From IMG/VR virus record IMGVR_UViG_3300029288_000071, positions 32,001 to 96,000 of that record: a DNA stretch of 64,000 bases. One strand, given 5' to 3'. The DNA comes from a virus (taxonomy: Duplodnaviria > Caudoviricetes). Below are positions 1-11,193 of this stretch, piece after piece (the stretch's first letter is position 1; the number at the start of each line of letters is the position of its first letter). The notes under the pieces are model-generated. The model did not search any database, was not told where the DNA came from, and saw nothing but the letters and a program-made list of their open reading frames with translations. The position numbers and the translations under genes are program-made.

Positions 1-1149
1 AACATGTTCAACCAATTCAATTACTCTCTGTTTAGTTGACTTTGTGATATATTTGTAAGTACCAAGTTGCTTGGTTAAAAGCTGCTCAAGTGTAGCTAAT
101 TCTGAAGCATTCATTTTATCAACTTCAGCTTTAGCAACTTCTTTACTCCATCTCATATAGCGAATATAATTTTCAAAGAGTTCGCTAGCTTTACCGGCCT
201 CAGTTGACATTGCTGCTTCTTTCTTAGCCTGAGTGCTTTTCATCTTCACGGTGCAAAGTCTGAATATTTCTGCAGCATCACCACCAACAAATGTTGCAGC
301 ACAATCTCTCATTTCTGATTCAGTAAATTTCTCTCTATTTTTAACAAAAAACTTCGAAAAATGATGCCAAGATCTACGATTAGGATGGGGTTGATTTAAG
401 AACTCTAAATCAGATTTCTTTGGAGGATCAGCTAAATTCTTTTGAGTAGAGATAGTATGAATCAACTCTTCACAAAGCTCTCCACTCTTCTTTCCCCATT
501 GTAACCATTCATCAACTGTAGGACAATACTTTACGGTTTTGAATCTACTACGAAATGCAGGATCTCCTTCGGTGATAGTATAGATTTCCATATTGTCATT
601 GCAAGCAGCAAAGATAAAGCAACGAGGATGAACTTTACTACCATTCATTCTCCGATCATATACTAATTCGAACATAGCCTGTTGGACATCTTTAGTGCCC
701 CTGTTATATTCATCCGCAAAGAAGCAAATGAACTTATAAGGTTGACCAATTTTGTCCTTAGAGCGAATCTTCGCTAACATATCATTCTCATCTCCCATAA
801 CCCCTAATTGAGAAAGATCTTTAACGAAAGCATTGCGAATCAAATCAGGCTTAATGTGCTGGAATCTCTTATCTATTACTAGATCTTTAGTAGCTTCTTT
901 AACTTCATTAGAAACTGCAGGAATATCTACTATAGCAGGCATTCCCAAAATATCTCCAAGATCTCTTTGCCCTAATCTTAAGTCAATAAGAAATCCATCT
1001 TGTAATAAGCAAACTTCGGTAACAATTGCAGATTTACCAATCCCATGAGGACCTTCTATCATAAAACTGAAATCCTGTTCTTCAGGTGACAGGACATCTG
1101 CAAGGATGAATTTCAACAGGAGGGAATGATTCATATCATTGTTGGCCAT
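1..1149 (-). CDS. MoxR-like AAA+ ATPase (3' end runs off the window)
   Basis: Manual translation MANNDMNH...IEGPHGIGKS (Walker A)...FFADEYNRG (Walker B)...DPAFRSRF; not in the ORF track. Confidence 0.85.
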   Translation of the reverse strand, partial: MANNDMNHSLLLKFILADVLSPEEQDFSFMIEGPHGIGKSAIVTEVCLLQDGFLIDLRLGQRDLGDILGMPAIVDIPAVSNEVKEATKDLVIDKRFQHIKPDLIRNAFVKDLSQLGVMGDENDMLAKIRSKDKIGQPYKFICFFADEYNRGTKDVQQAMFELVYDRRMNGSKVHPRCFIFAACNDNMEIYTITEGDPAFRSRFKTVKYCPTVDEWLQWGKKSGELCEELIHTISTQKNLADPPKKSDLEFLNQPHPNRRSWHHFSKFFVKNREKFTESEMRDCAATFVGGDAAEIFRLCTVKMKSTQAKKEAAMSTEAGKASELFENYIRYMRWSKEVAKAEVDKMNASELATLEQLLTKQLGTYKYITKSTKQRVIELVEHV

Positions 1150-1182
1150 CGTTAAGTTACTCCGTTAAGTTTAAATTAAATA

Positions 1183-1383
1183 TTAGTGTTCAATTGCTGA
1201 AAAACTGAATTCAGGAAACTTTGATTCCATGTGCTTCTGAAAATCCTTCTTACTTCTTCGTCTTATAATGCGATTATGTGTTTGTTTAGCTTTCTTTGAA
1301 TTTCTACCAGAACTGCAACAAGGACATTTGATACCACCAGGGCCGCAATGAGCTTTAGTTACTTCTTTCTTATATAGGGCCAT
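1183..1383 (-). CDS. small basic Cys-rich hypothetical protein
   Basis: ORF with SD (AAGGAG) and promoter motif upstream; CxCC. Confidence 0.6.
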   Translation of the reverse strand: MALYKKEVTKAHCGPGGIKCPCCSSGRNSKKAKQTHNRIIRRRSKKDFQKHMESKFPEFSFSAIEH

Positions 1384-1412
1384 TTAAGTTACTCCTTCAA
1401 ATTGTTAAGTAT

Positions 1413-1441
1413 AATCTAAAACTTAATCAATTCAAAGTAAA
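1413..1441 (-). promoter_or_regulatory. repeated sigma70-like promoter TTTACT-N17-TAGATT
   Basis: Same 29-nt architecture recurs at 2178, 8154, 15012, 19119, 24211, 45715 and elsewhere. Confidence 0.75.
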
Positions 1442-1893
1442 CATCTCACAGCAATTAATTACAGGACACTCAAATATACCCTAAATGCTAATTACAGTTT
1501 AGCAACCAATCGCATATCATGTATAGTGCTGTCAACTATTTACTTTGATCAAAATTTGATTAGATAGCTGAATTTGGTTTATAGAGACGAGAGTTGAGAC
1601 TAAGAAATGCTCTAGTAATTCGAATTGCGGGAGTTCTCGTAGTACGGTTTGATAATCAGCAACTTGTGTATGATCATGGAGAGATTGGAGAAAAAGAAAG
1701 TGCGGGAACTCCCTGAAAAATTTGAAAAAGCGATAGCGTAAGCGTTTGGTGCAGAAAACAACTAGAAATTTAATAGGGAGAAAGTGCAGTCAGCTAGACT
1801 TAGGCTTCTCAAGCAGAGGGCTGTCTTTCTGCGCATGACTTCTGTTAAGTAGTTAGCAGACAGAGAGCTGACTTCCGGAGATTTGGCTTCTCG

Positions 1894-2145
1894 TTAAGTA
1901 AGTTTTATCTTGTTATATCCCATCTTATACATGAGTGCTTCAATAGAATCATCATTTAACTTTTCAAATCGGTCTGCTCTGAATGGATAATGGATCCCTT
2001 CAATTCGGAGCATGATTCCATCACTTTCAATTGAATCTACTACTAATACTCGATTTTCTATTTCTTTGTAAGTAGTATTTTGTGATGAAGAAGCTTTACT
2101 GTTTATGCATTTAACAAGATTTCCAGGTTGAAGCATAATTTTCAT
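1894..2145 (-). CDS. small protein with C-terminal LMxKMGY motif
   Basis: IEALMYKMGY near the C terminus. Confidence 0.7.
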   Translation of the reverse strand: MKIMLQPGNLVKCINSKASSSQNTTYKEIENRVLVVDSIESDGIMLRIEGIHYPFRADRFEKLNDDSIEALMYKMGYNKIKLT

Positions 2146-2177
2146 TTTATTCAGTTCCTTATATAAATGTTAAGTAT

Positions 2178-2206
2178 AATCTAATACTTTATATAATAAA
2201 AGTAAA
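2178..2206 (-). promoter_or_regulatory. promoter TTTACT-N17-TAGATT
   Basis: Matches repeated motif. Confidence 0.75.
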
Positions 2207-2524
2207 TAGGAGACTGAAATATAAACAGAGTCAAAAGATGATTTTACCTAGAGGCGCGGTAAAACGCGCATTTTTGCTATCATGCCCCGCGGTAGAATAG
2301 ATAAGGGTTAGGCTTTTCGATGTATGTTGAATTCAGTAAAGATCTTATTTGCTGCGATACGCAGAGTATGTTTAACTGATTCATCAGGAGTTACTACTTT
2401 AAGCCAGTTATTTAGCCATTTTGCAAATTCAGCTGGAGTAAGAGGTTTTGATAGAGTTATACAGTCTGGACAGGGAGCATTTATACCTGAATAGTTATGT
2501 TTAGAGCATGTATAAACTGTTTGG

Positions 2525-2887
2525 TTATTGTTCATTGATAAAATCAGTCAATTTTTTTATCTGGCTTCCGTCCAACTTTTTATTCGCCACGGTTCTTAAC
2601 AACATCGGGACACCTTCCATCGCTTTCAATTTTTTTGCGATATCGTTCGGCAGCATCTTGTTATCTAATGAGGCTTGATCCTTAAGCGCCTTTGCCGATT
2701 TAGTATCAAGTTCCAACGCCTCATTTATTGCATCTATGAGTTCCTCTTTTTGAGGAGGCAAGACAGACTCACGCTCAACTCTGGATAGATATGCGACATC
2801 AATATCGGATCGCAGGGCAAGTTCACGTAAAGTGATTTCCTTTTGAGTCCGAATATCTCGTAACATTTGACCGTATCCCATAACATT
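2525..2887 (-). CDS. XRE-family helix-turn-helix regulator
   Basis: YGQMLRDIRTQKEITLRELALRSDIDVAYLSRVER is a typical XRE HTH; start uncertain. Confidence 0.85.
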   Translation of the reverse strand, partial: NVMGYGQMLRDIRTQKEITLRELALRSDIDVAYLSRVERESVLPPQKEELIDAINEALELDTKSAKALKDQASLDNKMLPNDIAKKLKAMEGVPMLLRTVANKKLDGSQIKKLTDFINEQ

Positions 2888-2906
2888 CTCCGTATATATG
2901 GTTGTT

Positions 2907-2951
2907 GTTGTAGTGTTACTACAACATAACAAATCCTTCCGAATATGTCAA
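2907..2951 (-). promoter_or_regulatory. TTGACA-N17-TATGTT promoter with overlapping operator palindrome
   Basis: GTTGTAGT-N3-ACTACAAC at 2907-2925 directly upstream of the XRE gene. Confidence 0.65.
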
Positions 2952-2958
2952 GTGCTTT

Positions 2959-3552
2959 TTATTTCGTATTTCTTCGATGGCATCCATACAAAACAATAAT
3001 CTCCTCATCAATGACTTTTAATTGATAACATTCATTTAATGGCATCACTTGTAACAGAACTTTTCCTGTACTTGGTTTAGTTCCGTTCTCTCTAAAGTCT
3101 TCAGGTTCATAATTTTCATAACATCTAATTGCTTCTTCTTTAGTTTCTCTCCAGAAACCCCAAGCACCCACATTATCTACTTTAACAATTATAGCAAAAG
3201 AACCGATTGGTTTTGCTAAGTTATTTTCTACTAAGTGTTCAACTAAAAATTGGAACTGTATTTGTAACCTTTGTGTAGGTGTAGCTATTGATGTTATTGT
3301 ACCCATTTTATCCATTGTACCCATTTTATCCATTAAAGCATCAATTGTAGTAGTATCTTTATCAACTTCAATACAATCAGCTTTTTGGATTAGCATTATG
3401 CTAAATGAAGGGTTATTACTATTAATAACTTTCCAGCAATCTTGACCATCATGATTTATATGCTTATAAACTTGAAAGACTTGATTTATTTTATCTGCAT
3501 ACCAATAGCTAGACAGAGCTGATTTTATTATTTTTACAAATGTAGTTGCCAT
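2959..3552 (-). CDS. hypothetical protein, probably chimeric
   Basis: Internal LMDKMG motif with a tandem duplication (MDKMGT x2). Confidence 0.55.
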   Translation of the reverse strand: MATTFVKIIKSALSSYWYADKINQVFQVYKHINHDGQDCWKVINSNNPSFSIMLIQKADCIEVDKDTTTIDALMDKMGTMDKMGTITSIATPTQRLQIQFQFLVEHLVENNLAKPIGSFAIIVKVDNVGAWGFWRETKEEAIRCYENYEPEDFRENGTKPSTGKVLLQVMPLNECYQLKVIDEEIIVLYGCHRRNTK

Positions 3553-3643
3553 TTGTTTTCTTTTAATTTAAGATCAATTACATCTTTAGCTTTTGATTCT
3601 GCTTGAAGTTCTGTTTTATATCCTGTCATAGAAATTTTAAATT

Positions 3644-3745
3644 AAACAGAGATTTATAATCTATTTATTGTGATTTTTATCGGCATAAGCCGCATTACAA
3701 TATCGGGAGTTTACAACATGTATATCATGTTTTCGTCCTCTGTTT
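3644..3745 (-). ncRNA. unnamed structured RNA motif A, copy 1
   Basis: Closing stem AAACAGAG/CUCUGUUU; UGCGG-hairpin-CCGAUAAAA...AUAAAUC shared with 10123 and 25771. Confidence 0.55.
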
Positions 3746-3765
3746 AAAGAATGTCTCTGTTATTC

Positions 3766-4320
3766 TTATACTGAAATACCTACTATCATAATTATCAGAA
3801 AAATCATGTAAGCAACAAAATGAGCCCATCTAACCATACTTAAATCCAAACTTGATCTATCACCATTGATAGCAATATTTGCTACTGCATATTCTCTTTT
3901 ACCCCATAATGAGAATCCTTCTCGTTTAACTACTATTCTATGATTAACACAGTTTCTATAAAAAACAAACATAAAATAAATAGTCCCAAATATAAATAGT
4001 GGTAAAAGGACTACTGCTCTTAGAGCTGTACCGCCCATGACTTTCCAAGCAATAATAAACATTGTAAATCTACCTGCTGGTGATTCACTAAATTTATTTA
4101 CTTCTTCATTAAGAGCAGATAAACCTTCTTTCATTGCTACTCCAACTTCTTTTCCAACACCAACCCAAGAACTTACTGATTGTTTACTCTGTTCAGATTG
4201 TGCTAAGGCTTTTTGCTGCTCTGTTAGTTGGGATTCTTTCAATGTGTATGTCTTTTCTTGTTGAGCAAAAAGACAATTAAAAAGCAATAATACACAAAAC
4301 AAAAATATTGTAGTTTTCAT
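3766..4320 (-). CDS. membrane protein with signal peptide
   Basis: Hydrophobic N terminus and further TM segments. Confidence 0.65.
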   Translation of the reverse strand: MKTTIFLFCVLLLFNCLFAQQEKTYTLKESQLTEQQKALAQSEQSKQSVSSWVGVGKEVGVAMKEGLSALNEEVNKFSESPAGRFTMFIIAWKVMGGTALRAVVLLPLFIFGTIYFMFVFYRNCVNHRIVVKREGFSLWGKREYAVANIAINGDRSSLDLSMVRWAHFVAYMIFLIIMIVGISV

Positions 4321-4335
4321 ATTTTAATCCTTTTT

Positions 4336-4689
4336 TTAATTATTTGTTTTTTCATCTAGAATTTCATACCCTATTTTGCGCATAATTTGTTGTATTAAAT
4401 CTAATTTTTTAACTTTAAATCCATTTACAAATTGATCAGATCCAATTTCTCCTGTAAATGTTTTAGCTTGTCCAACCCAATTATATGTTTTTCTCTGCTT
4501 TTCATCTTCTTCAGAAAAATAAAACCATTGATTTGTAGCTCTATTATTTTTGAAGCGTGTTGCACAAGCACAAACTTTAAGTTCTGTATAAGTTATTCCG
4601 TTTACGTTTTTGTCTGAAATATCTACAACATGATAAAGAAAAAATTGATTATCATGTATCTCTATAACAGAATTTAAAGTGACTGCCAT
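4336..4689 (-). CDS. hypothetical protein with IMRKIGY motif
   Basis: IQQIMRKIGY near the C terminus. Confidence 0.65.
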   Translation of the reverse strand: MAVTLNSVIEIHDNQFFLYHVVDISDKNVNGITYTELKVCACATRFKNNRATNQWFYFSEEDEKQRKTYNWVGQAKTFTGEIGSDQFVNGFKVKKLDLIQQIMRKIGYEILDEKTNN

Positions 4690-6320
4690 ACTTATTTAGT
4701 ATTTATAAGAGCTGCTTCTTTTGCTTTATGTTCTCTCCAAGCTATAAATCCACCTAATGTAGGAATATTACAGCCTTTGCGAACACATGCAGTATCTTTG
4801 TTAAGATCTGCTTCATATTCCGCGTATTGTGCTTCCCATACACTATCAGCATGAGTCATGGGCTTTTGTTCAGGTTGTGGAATAGATTGAGTAGAATGTC
4901 CAATCCAAAAGCTTATAATTATAACTGCAACAATAAATAAAGCAGTTAAAAGATTTTTTGTTAGTGTGTTCATGTTTTCTCCTGTTTTGTTGTTTCCATT
5001 GATCTTAACATCTCCATTGTGTTATTAAATTCTTGAAATGCATCAAGTAATGATCCACTTTTATTAACTTCTAAATACATTCCGAGCCATGTAAAAAATA
5101 CATGACTATCAGTTTGGTCAATTTTTTGAAGTAATGAATAATCAGTTTCTTCCATAATTTTTATATTTGATAGTTGAAATTTACTTATCCCAACTGCTGT
5201 CAAAATGACCAAACAACAAAACCATACCACATATTAAAAAAGCAATAGAGAAACTTAACAGTCCAGCTGCTGATGCTTCTCTATGCCAAGTATCTGCAAC
5301 ATAGGCATAAATAATAGCAAATATTGTAGAAAGTGAAATTAAGATCCATCCACCAACTAAAGCTCTGTTTTTCATTTACTTTATCTCCATTAAGAATATT
5401 ATTTCTTCATTTTTCTTTCCCATACTGATTTTTCTAATAAACTAATCTCTTTTTGTAAGTTAACAATTTCATAAGAATAATTTTTTATAGACTGATTAGC
5501 TTTTGCAATTTCTTTATATAAGCTATCTACTTTAGCTTTTTTAATTGCAATTTGTTTATCATCATTATCCCAAATAGTCTGAGTTTGAGAGTTTTTTATT
5601 TTAACTTTATCTTGAGAACCTGTTACTGTTTTTGTTTTATCTTGAGCTATAGCTACAATAATTCCAATAATGATAAAACATAAAAAAGGAACTAGAATTT
5701 TTATTAATGTATTTTTCATTTTTTATACTCCACAACGTTAAATTAAATTTAAAACTTTTGTTAATTTTCTTTTACAAAAGTCATTTTCTGAAGCTTTACT
5801 AATAAGCTGTTTGATTTGTTTCTTTCTTAAATCTTTTTTAAACTGGTTGATCGATTTAGACATAGGAATGTCAAATTCAGAATAGTAGGATAATTTGGGA
5901 ATATCATTATCTGGAGAATTTCCCCATCTAAAACAATAAGAATCACACCTGCCAGGAACTACATATCTGTAAAAATAAATAGATCTTGTAGTTATTTTTA
6001 ATCCAAAATATTCTCCTCTCATACCAGGTGGAGTTCTTAACCACTTATTGTCATGAAATAAATCTTGTTCTTCTGGATGTATAATATTATCAATATAGCC
6101 CAAAATATCTTTTTCAATGCCTAAAGTTTGACAAACTCTATCATAACATTCAGCTTTAGCTCGAATTTCAACTTCTTTTTTTGTTAATTTTTTACCCATA
6201 ATTTTTACTTTCAAAAATAAAAAGCGGAACAGTTAAGGGAATAAGGAGTAGTAGGAAACCCTCTTCCATTCCGCTTTCTCTAACTCATCTCCTGCTCATT
6301 TTCAGAAGATGTCAAAGAGT

Positions 6321-6674
6321 TTAGCCATTGATATCACCACTTACAGTATCAACATTACCAAGTATTTTATTTGCATTAACATCACCAGAAACTGTTTCAA
6401 CATCACCACTAACATCATTAGCTTTTACATCACCGGAAACAGTTTGAACATTGCCATCAACATCATGAACAATTACATCTCCACTTGCTGTATTTACTTT
6501 CTTAGCATTGCCAGTAATAGTAATAGTTTTGCAGGCATCTACATCTAGATTTTCAACATTACCTGAAATATTAATAATTAGATTTTCAAGTTGTGCTGAA
6601 ACTTCATTACCATCAACAATTACCTTGCCATTTTTTACAATAACATTATTTCCAGAAATATTAATACTAGTCAA
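6321..6674 (-). CDS. beta-strand repeat protein (DUF4097/bactofilin-like)
   Basis: Repeated GNVxTxSGDV units. Confidence 0.65.
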   Translation of the reverse strand: MTSINISGNNVIVKNGKVIVDGNEVSAQLENLIINISGNVENLDVDACKTITITGNAKKVNTASGDVIVHDVDGNVQTVSGDVKANDVSGDVETVSGDVNANKILGNVDTVSGDING

Positions 6675-8125
6675 TTATATTCTCCTCTTTGCATAAGATG
6701 AACATTACCATGTTTTAAAACTTGTTTTATATAATCTGGATTTGTATTATAAACTATCCAATTTACTTCTTTTGGCCGAATTGGAGGTGTAGTATAACTT
6801 GCACATCCATCAGTGAAAATAAAAATTGAATCATATTTTGATCTTACTTTATTATATAAAGTAATTACAGGTTCAAAATCAGTTCCACCACCTATATGAC
6901 AAGACATTCCTCTCTTAAATGGACGTGGTGCTTGATCTGAAGTTTTATTATCATAATATTTTCCTGATGCATCTAAAATTTCATCATTAAAAAATATAAT
7001 ATCAAATTTTGCATAGCGTTGAAGGTTATTTAAATGCGCACAAAAATCATTGTAAAGTGGTTTATCAATAGATCCAGATACATCAATTGCAACTAAAACT
7101 TTATGACCAACTTGCTGTCTTCTTTTTCCAGGAAATTGTAAACCATATCTTCGATTAGGAATTTTCCGAGTAAGTAAAGGAAGAATTGTAAATCCATGAA
7201 CTGAAGCATGTTTAGTTTGTCTCATCCATCCTGGAGTTTTCTTTTGAACACCTACATTTAGAACAACTGTATCTGATGTTGTATGACCAACTCCAGCTGG
7301 ACTCTCAACAAAAATATCTAAACCAGTTTGTGTTTTTATGTCTGATTTTGTTTTTTCTTCTTTTTCTTTTTCAGTCTCTTCATCTCCACCTTCACCCTCC
7401 TTTTTTTCTTTTTTATCAGGTGCAGGTATTGGAACAATAGAATTTCCTTTAATTACTTGTCCTGTTTTTTCATCAACTTCAACCCAATTACCATGACTAC
7501 CAATTCCCAAATCTTTGAATAATTTTCCCAAAGCATCAGCTAAAGCTTTTGCGTCTTTATAATTTTTCATCATTTTATCAATGATTGCTTTGTAGTAAAA
7601 TTCTGCATTTTGATTGGGAGGTAATTGTAGTTCTTTGTTTTCAGGAAATAAACCACCATGCCATTTTTTTGCTTCTTTATCTTGAAGTAAATCACGAATC
7701 ATTTGGTTAATTGCAAGATCACCAGCAATATTCCAAGCTTCAGCTTTTACTCTATCTTCATCTTCTTTTATAGCTAATTTCCCTCCAATAATCATTTTAG
7801 ATTTATATTCAGGAGTACGTGAAGTTGTATGATCTAAAATAATGTGCAAAGCTTCATGAAGAAGAACTCCCTTAAGTTGCTTATCAGTGAGTTCATCAAT
7901 GAAGTTTGGATTCCACATCATTTCATATTTACCTGTGAGTTCATTGGTAGTATCATAGAGTGGAGTTACACCTAATGTAGGACAAATTTTTTCATCATCA
8001 ACAATAATCATGTCAATGAAGTCAAAAATTTTATAGAGTTTTGGATATTCAGCATAGAGTTCAGCTCTATTAACTGCAACTCTAATATTTTGTTTGCTGT
8101 AATCTTTTTTCCAAATGGCTGCCAT
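6671..8125 (-). CDS. metallopeptidase + VWA domain protein (DUF2201-like)
   Basis: LLHEALH, WNIAGDLAIN, DVSGS MIDAS, GGGTDF, FTDG. Confidence 0.88.
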   Translation of the reverse strand: MAAIWKKDYSKQNIRVAVNRAELYAEYPKLYKIFDFIDMIIVDDEKICPTLGVTPLYDTTNELTGKYEMMWNPNFIDELTDKQLKGVLLHEALHIILDHTTSRTPEYKSKMIIGGKLAIKEDEDRVKAEAWNIAGDLAINQMIRDLLQDKEAKKWHGGLFPENKELQLPPNQNAEFYYKAIIDKMMKNYKDAKALADALGKLFKDLGIGSHGNWVEVDEKTGQVIKGNSIVPIPAPDKKEKKEGEGGDEETEKEKEEKTKSDIKTQTGLDIFVESPAGVGHTTSDTVVLNVGVQKKTPGWMRQTKHASVHGFTILPLLTRKIPNRRYGLQFPGKRRQQVGHKVLVAIDVSGSIDKPLYNDFCAHLNNLQRYAKFDIIFFNDEILDASGKYYDNKTSDQAPRPFKRGMSCHIGGGTDFEPVITLYNKVRSKYDSIFIFTDGCASYTTPPIRPKEVNWIVYNTNPDYIKQVLKHGNVHLMQRGEYN

Positions 8126-8153
8126 ATTACTCCTTATTATAATATGATAGTTA

Positions 8154-8182
8154 AATCTAATACTTTAAGTAGTTAAAGTAAA
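8154..8182 (-). promoter_or_regulatory. promoter TTTACT-N17-TAGATT
   Basis: Exact consensus upstream of the VWA gene. Confidence 0.75.
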
Positions 8183-9217
8183 CATTTGGCAAAAATTAAT
8201 TATCTCCATATTTTATTACAGCAACAACAACTCCTGTGATAATTAGAGCTATCCCTAAAATACCTAAAGTCCAACTATGAATTATATCAATAGTAAGACC
8301 AAAACATAATACACCAAAAACTACAATTGTAACTGGATGTATAAAAAAATTTTTAAGTTGTTCATTTGTCATGATTAATTTTCTTTCTTATAATAAATCC
8401 TCAAACATAGGACCTGGTTCTCTATCAGTATAATATTCTTCATCTTCTAATGCTGTAATTATACAGCGATCCATTGTTTGAGGATATTTTGGATGTTGGT
8501 TGTCACATTTTATTATGGTACAAGCTGTAAACTCGCCCTTTGCTTTACGGTCTAGTTTTGTCAGTAATGTTTGAAGATTACGTCTTGATAAAAATATTTG
8601 TTCCATAATTATTCTGTAGCTTTTTCAGTTATTACAGGAGCTTGAAAAGGTAAAATTACCGCTGAAGGAGCTGGAATAACTAAAGCTTTCACAACACTTT
8701 CAGTTATTTCTTGAGCTAAATGATGTCCATTACCGGTGTAAGAACCTTTAGCTTCTCGATCTTCGCAAATTCCTACAGTTGCAGCATATACTTTATTATC
8801 AAGATCTGCTTTGTTTTCAATAGGAATTAAAAAAGAAGAGACTGAAGGATTTTCTTTTAAATGTTCTTGTACTGCTGCTTCCATTGAATCAGCAAGTTTA
8901 CCAATTTCTGTAGCATCAATCTTAACTCCACTTGCCATTACAGCACTTGAAATCCGTTGACGCAAAGTTAATTTTGGATTTGAAAATCGATCTGCACCCA
9001 TTATAAGATCCTTTCATTGTATAATAATGTGAATTTATAGTTTTTGAAAATAGTCTTTTTAAAATCAATAATTTTCCAACCTTGCTTTAAGTAATAATAT
9101 CGCATAAAATCTTGAATAGCTTCTAAATTTTTGCCACTTAAGATTCGAAAAACTTTGCCCTTCTTTGTTTTTCTTGTAATTTTAATTTCTTTTTTGATGG
9201 ATTTCATTCTTTCCTCT

Positions 9218-9511
9218 CTATTCAGAACGTATTACTTTAATTTTTTGATAGGCTTGAGTCCAGCCACTTTTTTCTGATAAAGTAATCTTACATTTGAGAT
9301 CTTTCCATAATGGTGGAGCACTATTACAGCTACTACAATAAGAAAAAGATTCTAACCCGTGCGCATTTGATTCAAAAATAATAGTATAAGTACTTGATTG
9401 CAGTATTAGATCTCTTACAATTCCAACTCTTTCAATAGGAGGTTCTGGTTTTACTTCGCTACAACATTGAAATAGGAAAATAGAAAATATTATTAAAATT
9501 AAATTTTTCAT
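9218..9511 (-). CDS. putative lipoprotein
   Basis: Signal peptide ending LFQCC. Confidence 0.55.
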   Translation of the reverse strand: MKNLILIIFSIFLFQCCSEVKPEPPIERVGIVRDLILQSSTYTIIFESNAHGLESFSYCSSCNSAPPLWKDLKCKITLSEKSGWTQAYQKIKVIRSE

Positions 9512-9512
9512 T

Positions 9513-9875
9513 TTAATTTCCTTTTATTGATTCAACTTTAATTATGTAAGGCAATTCTTGCATAAACCAATTTTGATATCTTTTTCCTTTTGTGGTAATT
9601 CTATATTTTTGTCCCTCTTTTAATTGACCAAACAAATCATCTGCATTCCAAATTCCCAATAAAATACCATTATCAACTTCAAAAGATCCTTTGTCAGTTA
9701 CTACAACATAGTAAGATTCTGGATTATCTTTTGTTCCACCAACATCTACATAAGCTCTAGATACTGTAACATCTAAAATTTCTGTTGGGCCAAAACCTCC
9801 AATCCCGATAATACTTGGAATTACAAAACCAAACAAAAAAATTGCTATTAAGATACAAGCTATGTAAGTTTTCAT
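9513..9875 (-). CDS. secreted/membrane protein (DUF1523-like)
   Basis: N-terminal TM; YVVVTDKGSFEV...NADDLFGQL pattern. Confidence 0.5.
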   Translation of the reverse strand: MKTYIACILIAIFLFGFVIPSIIGIGGFGPTEILDVTVSRAYVDVGGTKDNPESYYVVVTDKGSFEVDNGILLGIWNADDLFGQLKEGQKYRITTKGKRYQNWFMQELPYIIKVESIKGN

Positions 9876-10122
9876 TTAGTGTTTTTGTTGCATAACCAGC
9901 AGAAACAGCACGAGAAGTTCTACTTGCTATTGAATAACTACTACGACCCATTTTAAATTTCCTTTCATTTAAAATACAAAGTTGTGGATAAGTCTATATT
10001 AATATTTTTTTCTATTAAAGTAAATAACAAAAACTGATAGGCAGAGCCTTCTTTTTAAATTTAATGGTTACCTATCAGTTGTCTTATCTTCTATTCTATC
10101 TAATTCTATTAACTAATATTTT

Positions 10123-10193
10123 GAGATTTATGTTTTATCGGCATTGCCGCAATCCTACAAATCCATCTCTTTCTGGAATCATAGATTTGTCTC
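10123..10193 (-). ncRNA. unnamed structured RNA motif A, copy 2
   Basis: GAGACAAAUCU-stem-AGGAUUGCGGCAAUGCCGAUAAAACAUAAAUCUC. Confidence 0.6.
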
Positions 10194-10430
10194 TTTTATA
10201 TTCTCTTTATTATTTCTCTCTTAATTTTTATTTATAGTCTTTCGACTCTCGCTACCACATTGGCTTACTTCTCCTTTCTTTGTTTCACTTATCCATACAG
10301 CTATAGTTTTCCAATATTCAATTTTGTTCCACAATATTGGTGCACATTGTATAATTTTTTCATTTTCAATAACAAATCCTGCACAGATATCTTTATAACA
10401 AATTCTATAAAGACCATCTTTCATACTTCT

Positions 10431-10805
10431 TTAAAATCCTTCATTAGCATATAATTCTTCAAGATCTTTTAAATTGCTAGGTGTATATTGATCCATTATC
10501 ATTGAAACTAATACTAAAGTTTTACTAGTAGAAAAAATATCAGGAAGATCTGTTTCTCCTTCATCACTTTCAGCTAGAATTTCATATACATTTCCCGTGT
10601 GTCCATGTTGAATAAGAAAATCTATCATTTTCTTACTAGTGATATGAGCATAGACATTTCCTTCTCTTTCTTGACCTTCTAATTCAACTAAATATTTAGT
10701 ATTACTGAGTTCTTTAGAATCTATTTCTTCTAAAGTAGTTTTTGCAGCAATACAAGCAAATGAGCTTGAACTAGAGTTACTAACAAAACCGAGTCGAGTT
10801 TTCAT
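10431..10805 (-). CDS. SNSSS-leader protein
   Basis: MKTRLGFVSNSSSSSF N terminus. Confidence 0.75.
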   Translation of the reverse strand: MKTRLGFVSNSSSSSFACIAAKTTLEEIDSKELSNTKYLVELEGQEREGNVYAHITSKKMIDFLIQHGHTGNVYEILAESDEGETDLPDIFSTSKTLVLVSMIMDQYTPSNLKDLEELYANEGF

Positions 10806-10841
10806 AAAATTCTCTCCTTTAATTTATATTTTTTAATTTCA

Positions 10842-11192
10842 TTATCCATCTCTCCAAGCTTCTTCAATAGTCCCAAATCTATTTTCTTCAATTTGATTAT
10901 CAAAAAGTTTATTTACTTCTTCTTTTACTCTTTGTTTAAATTGTGCTCCTGTTTCATTATCCTCTATTGAAGAATATGCTTGACCAATATAAAAGCAGTC
11001 AGAATATTCGCTACCATCAATAAAATAGAGCGATATATCTTTGTTTTTAGATTCTTCTTCTATTGCTTCATAAATACCTTCAGTATCAGGCAAATTTAAT
11101 ATTGTTTTGATTTCATTTGGATCTATGCTTATTCCATAGATACAAAATGATGTTGTACTGCTATTTGATATAAATCCTTTACGTGTTTTCAT
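10842..11192 (-). CDS. SNSSS-leader protein
   Basis: MKTRKGFISNSSTTSF N terminus (start moved to this Met). Confidence 0.75.
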   Translation of the reverse strand: MKTRKGFISNSSTTSFCIYGISIDPNEIKTILNLPDTEGIYEAIEEESKNKDISLYFIDGSEYSDCFYIGQAYSSIEDNETGAQFKQRVKEEVNKLFDNQIEENRFGTIEEAWRDG

Positions 11193-11193
11193 T

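Noticed and set aside
10123-10193. c-di-GMP-I riboswitch or hatchet ribozyme identity for motif A
   Set aside because: Only short word similarities; the required stems are absent
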